Shown here: positions 51,862-62,490 of the stretch, in pieces | How the letters are laid out: every line of letters starts with the position of its first letter | Position numbering within the stretch: the stretch's first letter is position 1 | DNA from: Eledone cirrhosa | Lineage: Eukaryota | Reading direction: 5' to 3' | DNA: 64,000 nucleotides | NCBI GenBank assembly: GCA_964016885.1 | Contig: OZ024745.1 | Span: 10,354,001 to 10,418,000 of the forward strand | Position numbers and translations under genes: made by a program | The notes under the pieces: generated by a model | What the model saw: the letters and a program-made list of their open reading frames with translations, nothing else | Database searches by the model: none | Told to the model about the DNA's origin: nothing

Positions 51862-53299
51862 ATTTTTAATAAATGTGTATCGTTATATAAAAGCAGTTAT
51901 GGCTGAATAACAATTTGCTGGCATCAACCTTCTGATTAATGTAATATCATTTAACCTGTACCATTGCAACTTTCAGATAATCTTAATACACTTTATTGCA
52001 GTTACTAATTATTCTAAACCATTGCTTTGTAAAGTAATCATAACGGAAGAATATCTCTGACCTGACATCATCATCATTTAAAGCCCATTTGCAGACCAAG
52101 TCATTACTTCATCAGACCTCTCAGATGAGCTAGGGACCACACTTTGCTTACATATGTTCCCACACTCAATAAAGTGTATTGGGTTGTCACATACTGAAGC
52201 TAGACATGTTAGGTAACTACGTGCTGCTCATATGCTCCATTTTTGGCTTGCTTTCTATAGAATTTTATCATGGCACCAGATTAAGGATGTGGTTATGTCT
52301 TTCACGCAACTGAAGTGTCCTCTCATCCCTTTATTTAACAAGTTTTCAATGGCTGAATGCCCTTCCTAATACCCCCTATTTTTAATACTTGTTCAGATTA
52401 TTATTTATCATTTAACAAACCTCAGTTACAAAACCTATTTCAAAACAATCTGCTACATTTTAGATTCATTTGAACACTTATGGAAAAATAACCCTGTTTC
52501 TTTGATAGTAATATTTTTATTTTTAATTGACTATACAAATATTTCCTCAATGGTACATCTTTACTGTGAACATTTCAAACCATCAATTATAATTTTTAGC
52601 CCAAAGAAAAATGATCAAGTCAACTTTAAGACAATCATGAATATTGTCATGTTGTAAAGATCATTTTCACATAATTTTAAAATCATGTTATGTTAAGTCT
52701 TCTGTTGAACTACAAATATACAGTATTATTGGAAGAGAGGGAGCCATAGTAAAATACACCTAGTACACTCTGTAAAGTAGGTGGTAATTAAACAAAGCCA
52801 ACAGATTAGAGAGGTCTCTTCAGTTATAGTCAAGACGACAACCTCTCTAATGCTGGTGCCATGTTGAAATCCACTAAATACAGTCTGTAAAGTGGTTGGT
52901 GTCAGGAAGAGCTTCCAACTGTAGAAGCCACGTCCTAAATGTACACAGGAGCTAGATATAACCTCAAACTCATCTAGAGCAATATCCCTGAATAAGAATT
53001 GACTTCAACTATAATGACCTGACCAAATAATGGCGGCATGGAAGGTGAACGTATGCTGCTGATGATGATACATTGACCAGTGATCCTATCTTATTTCCAT
53101 GGCAATATACAAACTCTAATTCAGTTTTCAAATAAACTGAAACACAATTCACCATACAAATTAATGTAACTGAAGAGATCGACTAGAATATAAAATACAG
53201 CACCTTTTTTTTTTTGGTGGGGGGGGGGGGGTGTCAGGACAGTGCCCATAAACCCCAAGGATGTTTTTTTTTTGTTGACATGTATCCTTAATAACCTTT

Positions 53300-53592
53300 T
53301 TTGCCCACTTATTCCCGAGAGGGTCGGGGGGCAGAGTCTTCAAACACTCCCTCCTGTGGGTCCTTTCAGAAGTAACCATCTCCAACTGATCCGTCTGGAT
53401 CCCCAAGTGAGACCAGCCAAGCTCATGGATGTATCTACCATCTTGCTTGGGGTCTACCCCTGGGTTTCTTGCCTGTTGGTTTTGCCTGCAAAGTGTCCAG
53501 TGATTCTTTCCTGGGACATTCTAACCACATGTCCTCCATAGTATCAAAGCTGTGATCTCTCAATTTGGAGAAGTAGCGACTCTACCTTAATA
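53300..53592 (-). mobile_element. Rex3/Expander-like RTE 3' coding remnant
   Basis: Minus translation (with stops and shifts) gives KVESLLLQIERSQL...GHVVRMSQER and GIQTDQLEMVTSERTHRRECLKTLPP, similar to the Rex3-type VEPLLLHIERSQLRW.GH..RM C-terminus. Confidence 0.7.
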
Positions 53593-54485
53593 CCCAAAGA
53601 ATAAAATAAAAAGTTTAAAATCTTTACATTTTGCTACTAATTATAAGTTAGGTGGAAATATGCAATTTGTTCTTAAACTTTTAAGATAAATTAATGATCA
53701 TCATCATTTTGACATCTGCTGCCCAATACATTCACACATCTATGAGTAGTAATATCAGGCAACTTCTTCATAATAATTTATAAAGGATACAATGAAAAAA
53801 ATATCATATACTGACACACTTTTCATGATAAAGAAAACAATACAAAATACATAAAAAGAAAATGATACAACTCAGACAATTTACTGACATGCTTGATAAT
53901 CACATTAGCTAGTCACAGACAAAAAATGTCAGCCTCTTCTCCATTCTAATATCTCTATTGACCACTTACATCAAATCTCACAAATTCTACAATATTTCTC
54001 AATGATTAAATCTCCCAAGAATTATTAACAAACTAACAGCATACTTATGTTAACAAAAAAATATTAAAATTATAAATCTTCTCAGTCTATTAGGTTAACA
54101 CCCATTCAAGTTGTAAAGGTAGTATGGATGCAGTGTTTTACAATTGAATGCCTGCTTGATGCCAACCCTACTGTTTAAAGAGAATATAGTCATCGTTTAT
54201 ACCTTGGGTGTCTGATACAATGCTGAAATTGGTATTACAGTTAAGATTTATCTGAACAGTCCTGTTAATTCACTTTTTAAAATGGTGTCTTTCATTCTCT
54301 CTCATATATATATATATATATCATCATTTACCGTCTATTTTCCATGTTAGCATAGGTAATGTTTAATATAGAAATGGCTCCTACAAGACTAGAACTGTTT
54401 GATTCGAAGGAAATCATATATATATATATAAATATATATATAGATGTAAAATCCAGACCCCAACAGCAAGCGCTTTCGGATTATA

Positions 54486-54720
54486 CAGGCTGGGGCATAA
54501 AGATTTCTCACCTTTTGAAGGGATATAAAAAAAGAACATTATCTAGAAGAAAGAAAACAACTGATTATATTTCTAAAAAGTACAGACAAAATAGTTTTGT
54601 CTGAATGGGTTTTTTTTAAATTACATCAGACAAATGCCGGCCATCGCAATACATTGATGGAGTCGTTCCTGGAAGTTCTCCATGACTCTGGGTTATCTCA
54701 GGTGGAATTGCATCAATTTC
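54486..54720 (-). mobile_element. Tc1/mariner-superfamily transposon right-end remnant
   Basis: Minus translation EIDAIPPEITQ/RVMENFQERLHQCI/DGRHLSDVI* is typical of a mariner-like transposase C-terminus. Terminus TA|CAGGCTGGGGCATAAAG. Confidence 0.7.
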
Positions 54721-54906
54721 ACCAATTACAGTGCCATTGCAATAAAAAGACAGAAAATATATATTGAAATGCTGTAAAAAGATTTAATTCATTGATCAGG
54801 CCTAATATTGTGACATGTGATTCACTGTGAAAATGCTAGGTTGGTGTCAACAAAACAAATTAGTTATTTCCCACAGATGGAACTTTCATCAATGTCAAGT
54901 GATGAT

Positions 54907-55485
54907 TAAACTCACATTATAATTATATCTTACTAGCAATACCTAGTAAACTACATTATAATTATATCTTACTAGCAATACCTAGTAAACTACATTATAA
55001 TTATATCTTACTAGCAATACCTAGTAAACTACATTATAATTATATCTTACTAGCAATACCTAGTAAACTACATTATAATTATATCTTACTAGCAATACCT
55101 AGTAAACTACATTATAATTATATCAATGTTGTCTCTGAGATGAAGCGAGAGCGTATTTGAATAGATATAAAGATGAGAAAATTCATCGCTAGAACAGCCG
55201 TTAAAACAGTTAAATGATGAGCAAAAATGTCTCAGAGGACAACAGAAAGACAATCCACAAGGTGAGTGACAATCACTCACCTTGTGAATTGTCTCTGTTG
55301 ACCACAGGCTGCTGGTCTCTGTCCTCTGAGACATTTTGCCCATTGCTGTCTTTGACAGCATTTAGCTGCTTTAACGGCTGTTCTAGCGATCAGTTTTCTC
55401 TTTTATATGTGTTATAATTATACCTTACTAACAATACCTAGTAAACTACATTATAATTATACCTTACTAACAATACCTAACAAAC
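54907..55485. repeat. 39-bp minisatellite (TAAACTACATTATAATTATATCTTACTAGCAATACCTAG), split by a palindromic insert
   Basis: Units at 54907-55123, resuming at ~55412-55485. Confidence 0.9.
55165..55408. mobile_element. Long palindromic (foldback) element
   Basis: The arms are reverse complements around a CAA loop at 55270-55272, for example ATCGCTAGAACAGCCGTTAAA / TTTAACGGCTGTTCTAGCGAT and CACAAGGTGAGTGA / TCACTCACCTTGTG. Confidence 0.85.
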
Positions 55486-56710
55486 TGGATGAAAATCACC
55501 TGGAATAAATGAAACAAGGATCACTAAAACTTCCTAAAGCTAATGTTGTACTTTCCAGAATTAGACATCACAGCTTTCCTCATATCACTTAATATTGTCA
55601 ACTATTGTAGTTGGTTTTATTCCCTATCTTCTATATCTATTAAGTGATCAAACTACATAGATTATAAAAACCACAAGCAATAACTTAGAAATCTTAAGTA
55701 GAAACTATTCAGACTCGCTACTCACTAAAGTGAATATACTAAATTCTTCAAATTTAATTACACTACAAAATGTACCATTCATGTAGAAACTCCTTAATCT
55801 TTCTTTTCTTTTTATCCTCAAGAAGCAGCTGTGCTTGATAAAAACGTAGGAGGCCAGAAATAATTACAAACAATTCTTTATTACTTGTAATATACAAGAA
55901 CTTACAAACTGCACAGTATATTATCATCAACCTTATTGGTATCAGTAGAGCGTCAAACAAAATGATTTGCGGCATAAAGTTATGTCCCTTTACGTTCCGA
56001 GTTCTAATCCTGTCGAGGTTAGCTTTGCCTTTCATCCTTATGGGGGTTGATAAAATAAAGCACCAGTAATGCACTGAAGTTGATTTAGTCAACTGTTCCC
56101 TTCCCCCAAAAAATTGTACCTAAATCAGAAACCATTATTCATCATCATCATCATCATTTTACGTTCGCTTTTTCCCTGCTTGCAAGGGTGGGACGGGAAC
56201 TGATTCTGGCTTGATTTCTACAGCTGGATGCCCTTCCTAACACCAACCTCATTTACAGTGAGTGCTGGGTGCTTTTTGCCGTGGCACCTACACGACCACT
56301 TTGCAGTGGAGTGATATGGACCCCAGTCCCTATCATCTCATTTCTACAGCTGAGTAAACTGGAGCAATGTGAAATAAAGTGTCTTGCTCAAGGAAACCAT
56401 TATTATCATTGAATATCCATTTTCCCTGCTTATTACTGTATGCCTGGACCTGTAACTCTTGATGGGGACATAGAGACACTTTAGTGACACAGCATTTCTT
56501 GGGCATTTGAAATATGAAAGAGCCCATCACCTCTTCACGTCTGCATACAGCCGATTTCTTCCAGAGAAGGAATAAAGTGAAAAACAGGTACAGAGGAAGA
56601 ATTGACCAGAGTATTGGACTGGTACTTTTTTTTTATTGACCTCGTAAAGATGAAAAAATGGGTGCAGAGAGCCGGGAGGAATACCACAAAGCATTCTATC
56701 TGACCTTCTA

Positions 56711-57068
56711 ATCATCATCATCATCATCATTTAACGTCTATCTTCCACGCTAGCATGGGTTAGATGGGAGTTGTCCCACTTGAGGCAAGATTGGTCGGGA
56801 GACCGTGTCTCGCTCGTATAGGACTATCTGACAGGTTTTCTACAGCTGGATGCCCTTCCTAACACTAACCACATTTATAGTGTGGACTGGGAGCTTTTTA
56901 CCATGTTACCTACACGGCCACTTTACAGCGTGGACTGTGTGTTTCTTGTCGTGACACCTACACGACCTCTTTAGTGTGGACTGGATGTTGTGGTACCAAC
57001 ATAACTTTATAGAGAAAGAGTGGTGTTGGCGGGAGTGAATTGATGGATTGGGGGTAGTGGTTTGGGGT
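56711..57068 (-). mobile_element. RTE LINE 3'UTR-only insertion
   Basis: Antisense match to ~2890-3227, including the (GAT)n tail. Confidence 0.85.
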
Positions 57069-57161
57069 GTGTGTATATATATATATATATATATAACCAA
57101 GATCCCCAGTAAAAGAAAGACTGACCCTCTATATATTTATAACCAAGGGCCTCAGAAGTTG

Positions 57162-57206
<45 letters not shown>

Positions 57207-57376
57207 TCTACGGCTTTGATATAAGTACCCCCGCCGCCTTTGTGGTATTTTTGTCTTGGTTGTAAGAGGCTTAGCTCTGTTTCTTGACCGCTGTATCGCG
57301 TGATTGACTCCCCCTCCGCCTTTCAGGATTCTATCTCGCGTCCTAACGGATGTGTTTTGACACTCTAAATGAGGCA

Positions 57377-57469
57377 TCCTCTTGATAAGTCGGCAAACCT
57401 CACAAAAATACTGTATCTCTGTGATGTAGTGTTTTTGCATAATATGCCACGAAACTACGTAGACGAGGA
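57377..57469 (+). ncRNA. Type I hammerhead ribozyme, U3-A8 core variant with extended helix II
   Basis: TCCTC - TTGATAA (57382-57388) - GTcGGCA...TGCCAC - GAAAC TAC GTA (cut after 57461) - GAcgaGGA. A 15-bp hairpin (57403-57437) lies inside helix II. Confidence 0.65.
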
Positions 57470-58979
57470 CTAATGAAGGAATTTAGGTATGGTATATCTT
57501 AATTATATCTGTCTCTTCTTTCTTTATATATATATATATAACCAAGATCCTCAGCAGATGAAAGCCTGGCCCTCTATATATATATATATTACCAAGGGCC
57601 TCAGTAGATGAAGGACCGACCCCCACAGGGCCAGAATTAAGTAATGCCTCTACCAATTCAGCAGAGCCGGGAGGAATACCACAAAGTAATTTATCTGACC
57701 TAATGACTACCAATTCACCACCTTCCACTTATACTTAAAATAGCAATTTCAATGAATATATAACTTCACAACTTTAATTTAAAATTCTGACAAGCTTTTA
57801 CATTTTTTTAAAATCCTTTTCAATGTTTTAGACACATTTTCCCTGCTTAGCGTGAATGGAATTCATGTTTGTTAGAGCAGTACTTTGTAGTGGAGTATGC
57901 CCTTCCTACCACTAACCACAGAACTATGAGGCTGAACTCTGCTGCCAATTAGGCAAATTTAAGTACATTGTTCACAATAAAACAGGAAAGTCTGGCTACT
58001 AGTACTTAACTATTAATGGCCTGTACCACATAAAACCACATTATCAAGATATTGTTGAAAAGTACAGCACCCTGCATCTAATCTGGCCACTAGCAAAGAT
58101 ACAATAAACATCTGAATTAACAAACCATATGAAAATACATTAGCATGACATTGAAGTTAAAAACAGCACTAGTTTTATAGATATTTTCTGATAAATCATT
58201 ACAGGAGGTGTTTAGTGAAAACTCTATTAAAGTATTGATGATATAATGGAGCAGGTGGTGGTGGTAAACTGGACAACAGATTAAGTCTACCACTCAAGTG
58301 GGCTGCAGTGGGATTTCAACACAAAGAGCCAGAACAAAATACCACAAGGCATTTCATCCAACATTGTAACAATTCTGTCAATCCACCCCAGTGTTACTGG
58401 TACTTTATCAACCCTGAAAGGATAAAAGGTAATGTTGATCTTGACAGGATTTGAACTCAGTGTGCAGAGGATCAGAACAGATACAGTAAGACATTTCTAG
58501 GGTTCTAATAACTACCGATTCATCACCTGTTACACTTAAGACATCATCATCATGTTTTTCCCAGTTAGCAAGGCTTGGACATTACAGAACAAGTCCATAC
58601 TCTAGTCGGGCTATAGACCTCTCAGAAAGAGGGGGGGGGCTCCATTTAGCTTACCTCCCCACACTCTACTGAGTATATTTTATCATGGCACCCCCACTAG
58701 GGACGTTATATCTTTGACACAGCTGAAGAGTCCTCCTGACCCTTTTTTAGGCAGGCTTTCTACAGCTGGATACTCTTCCTATCACCAACCACTTTACTGG
58801 GTATGTTTATCACTAGAGAGGATGCTGGATGTCCTTCCTATTCCAACCATGTTACATTTAAGGAAATTCCAGACAAACTCACAAAATATCAATATTTGGA
58901 GCTTATAAAGAAGACAAACCTCAAGATGATCCAGGATTAAGCTATATTTAAGTTTCTTTATCATTATAACACAGTTTAA

Positions 58980-59190
58980 CCCTTTAGCATTTAAACCGGT
59001 TGTATCCAGCCAGAATTCTCTCACCTCTTTCTGTTTAAACTGACCATAACCAGCTACTCATACTTATGTTAAGGTATTGTTCTCAAAATAATTATCAAAA
59101 TCTCATGGATTCAATATTATGAGATAATTATGTGAAATAAAGTGTTTATAGTGTTAATAATAAATACAGAGTAATGTAAATGTTAAAGGG
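58980..59190. mobile_element. piggyBac-type MITE
   Basis: TTAA TSD at 58976-58979 and 59191-59194. TIRs CCCTTTAGCATTTA / TAAATGTTAAAGGG match at 13 of 14 positions. Confidence 0.85.
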
Positions 59191-59286
59191 TTAAATAGTG
59201 TTTATGAAGTAACTCCTCTTGGACAATATATGGCTAAATCAACAGTTTGAAGAAAGTGACATCAAATGAGAATCCTTTGATGAAAT

Positions 59287-59628
59287 AATCATCATCATCA
59301 TCATCGTTTAACGTCCATCTTCCATGCTTGCATGGGTTTAGACGGGGGTTTTCCCACTTGAGGCAAGATTGGTTGTCCTGCTCGTATAGGACTGTCTGGC
59401 TGGTTTTCTATGGCTGGATGCCCTTCCTAACACCAACCACGTTTACAGTGTGGACTGGGAGGCTTTTACCGTGTTACCTACACGGCCACATTACAGCATG
59501 GACTGTGTGTTTTTTTGTCGTGACACCTACACGTCTGGCGGGTTTTCTACGGCTGGATGCCCTTCCCAACACCAACCATGTTTACAGTGTGGACTGGGAG
59601 GTTTTTACCGTGTTACCTACACGGCCAC
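59287..59628 (-). mobile_element. RTE LINE 3'UTR-only insertion with internal duplication
   Basis: Antisense match to 16220-16583. The segment CTGGATGCCCTTCC...CCTACACGGCCACA occurs twice. Confidence 0.85.
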
Positions 59629-60074
59629 AATAAATAAGTCAATACCAAAGATAAAGAGGTACCTGTAGTTATTAATATCATAAACACTTAAAATAACCTA
59701 AACTCATAAGAAAGACATTGTTGATGTCATTTTAATTGTACCTCCATCGGTTCCAACAGTGGCTGAGCATTCCACAAAGACATGCATCCTTAACATAGGG
59801 AAATTCACCTCGATACAGTGTGTAACAAGACTAGCCTTTTAAACACAGGTGAGAAAAGTGAGAAAAGTGGAGCACCATGACTTATTTGGTGTTAAATCCT
59901 AGAAACTCCTTTAGTTTAACTTCATTCTTGAATAAGAGATATTGCAACAGTCATCAAAATGGATGACGCACTACTAAACAATTGGTAGTCTCAGATTCTC
60001 CAGTAACTAAGAAATAATGTAAAGAACTTTTGTGTCACTACAGTTAATATGTTTATCATCTTACATCAGTTTTT

Positions 60075-60510
60075 CACAATGAAAAAGTACTTAGTCTTAC
60101 CTGTCTGTTGGTTGTTTTGCTGTCACGATAAATAGCACCCGGTTCACCCTGTAAAGTAGTCGGTCGTGCTGGTGACACAATGAAAAAGTACTTAGTCCAA
60201 CCTGTCAGTTGGTCGTTTTAGTGTCACGATAAATAGCGCCCGGTTCACCCTATTAAGTGGTCGTGCTGGTGACATGATGAAAAAGTGCTTAGCCCAACCT
60301 GTCAGTTGGTCGTTTTAGTGTCACGATAAATAGCACCCGGTTCACTCTGTAAATGTGGTTGGTGTTAAGAAGGGCATCCAGCTGTAGAAACCAAGCATGA
60401 AACAGTTCTGTAGGAGCAAGTCACTGTTACCTGATTTGACTTGTCTCTAGTCAGGACAACTAGTCTAACCCATGCTAGCGTAGAAAAATGGACGTTAAAC
60501 GGTTATGATG
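60075..60510 (+). mobile_element. RTE-tail-bearing repeat with ~100-bp internal tandem triplication
   Basis: ATGAAAAAGTACTTAG...GTCACGATAAATAGCACCCGGTTCAC occurs three times, followed by an RTE-like tail (GAAGGGCATCCAGCTGTAGAAA...GGACGTTAAACG). Confidence 0.7.
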
Positions 60511-60549
60511 TTCCATGCTTGAAATATTTTTCATGTGCTGTCAATTAGA

Positions 60550-60864
60550 CTAACTTCAGAATATCCTGCAAAGGACTTTTTCTCCAGAAAACGGAGGAGG
60601 ACCCTCGCACTTTTCACTCTTTCCCCTACCCTGGAATTAGAGGGTAAAGACAATTCTGGAGAGGGGCAGGTCGGAGAGTCGCCCACCCCATAGTTTTCCG
60701 TGGGAAAAAAAGTCCTTTGCAGCACATTCGGAAGTAAGATTAATTGACAGCACACGATGAAGGAAGAAATGACGAAGAAAACTCCGGAAGAGGGGGGGGG
60801 GGTCCCCGCACCCTCACTCCGTTTTCAGAGGAAAAACGTCCTTTGCAACAAATCCGGAAGTAAG
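60550..60864. promoter_or_regulatory. Candidate CpG-rich promoter with ETS-type motifs
   Basis: CGGAAGT at 60729, CCGGAAG at 60784 and CCGGAAGT at 60854. Three copies of a composite motif and an abrupt local rise in CpG. Confidence 0.45.
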
Positions 60865-61586
60865 TTTAAAATAACAAAAAAAAATGAGGAAAAATAATTA
60901 TTACCCACTGAAATCGATGGGGAGGGGGTCTGTGATTGTTATCGTAACAGGAACAGGTTTGCTGGGTGAGAGTTGACCTGGGGTTAAACAAAACACCAAC
61001 AACAAATGTATAAAAACAGTTTAGAAGCGATGAATATAAAGTTTAAAACTACGGTGAAAATTGTATTTCTATTTGAAAGATATTTTAGTTGGACGGACAC
61101 GGAGACAGAATAACAACAGGGCTGTATTAGGGGGGGGGGGCAACAAGTGAGAAAACAAAGGAGAGAGAGAGAATAGACAACCGTTAAGGAAATTAAACGC
61201 TAATACTAAACATTATCGAAGAAAATTCCAATATACATTGGGAATAAAAATAAGGTCGATAACTGTTTGTGGAGATAGCAAAACCGCTCCAAGGAATTCC
61301 TAATTATACCCCAGCTTGTGGAAGTGGACAGAGAGAAAAACTGTCCAGGAATTTCCTAATTTGTTTTGATTACTAACATGAAATTCTTCAAAACGATTCT
61401 CGCTATAAAACAGAATATATAATATAATAATCCAGAGAGGAATTTGGAAAATATTTAATTGTATGAACCTAAAGGTAGGGAATAAAATAGAAAGGAAAAA
61501 TATCTAATAGTTTGGAGAGAAAAACACAATAAAAAAGTTGCGATATGGTCTGTCTTGCATTTAAAATCATTAAATGTATTACAAAG

Positions 61587-61778
61587 GGTGGTGGATTGGA
61601 ACTAGAATTGGTAAAGCATCGGATAACGTTTTGTAGCACAGAGTTACAGCCCTTTACGTTCGGAGTTCAAATCCTGCCGAGGTTAGTTTTGCCATCCTTA
61701 CGAGGGTCTGGGGTCGGTTTAACTGACTTTCCCCTCCACCAAAATTGTTGGCCTTGTACCTAAATCAAAAACCATTAT
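61587..61778 (+). mobile_element. SINE family A copy
   Basis: GGTGGTGGATTGG...GGAGTTCAAATCCTGCCGAGG...TTGGCCTTGTACCTAAATCAAAAACCATTATTA. Confidence 0.8.
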
Positions 61779-62063
61779 TAAATGTATTATATATCTTAAG
61801 TATGGTCATTTGGTACCCGGTAAGGGTAATTAGACTCATACCAAGGTAGAGATAATCCTCATCTAAATATCGATGCCGCTCAGGTGGGTATCAATATAAT
61901 GAAATCTATTCACATAGATCGAACTTCGTTTGACTGTCTATCTATTTATATATATATATATAACGAAGGAGTTGTGGTAAGGAACCAAATGGACCATAAC
62001 GCACCAGAGTACTCAATACTTAGGGTAGTAGAAACGGTTTGAGCTCTGCCGTCAGGGTCATAC

Positions 62064-62095
<32 letters not shown>

Positions 62096-62153
62096 CTTTA
62101 CTCTTTGTTCTTGAATGTTTGGTTGGTAGAGTCCATAACACCAATCAAACCCC

Positions 62154-62213
62154 TTTTATAGCTCTGACGAATCCTACGGTTACGTAAGGAAGAAACATTG
62201 TAAGCCAATAAAA
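62154..62213 (+). ncRNA. Type I hammerhead ribozyme (near-canonical, Penelope/retrozyme-like)
   Basis: TTTTATaGCT - CTGACGA (62164-62170) - aTCCTACG GTTA CGTAaGGAa - GAAAC ATT GTA (cut after 62202) - AGCcaATAAAA. There is an A-A mismatch at the first pair of helix II. Confidence 0.6.
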
Positions 62214-62247
62214 ATCTTTTGATGTTGTAGACGCTCTTGTGTTCTTT

Positions 62248-62298
<51 letters not shown>

Positions 62299-62490
62299 GT
62301 AAGGAGTTGACGAACCCAGCATATTTATCAATGAAAGGACCGGTTGTATCTCACCGTGGACAATGTAAGATACACTCCCAGAGTATACACATAGTTATTC
62401 GCTTCAGTACAACACACGTAAAACGGGTGCCTATAATAGTTCCCGGACTTGAGCTTCAGCCGCACTTATATATATATATATATATAACCC

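Noticed and set aside
54443-54483. Minus-strand CCGAAAGCGCTT next to (TA)n, like a hammerhead 3' half
   Set aside because: The CUGANGA half is missing (the mariner remnant starts there), so the evidence is insufficient.
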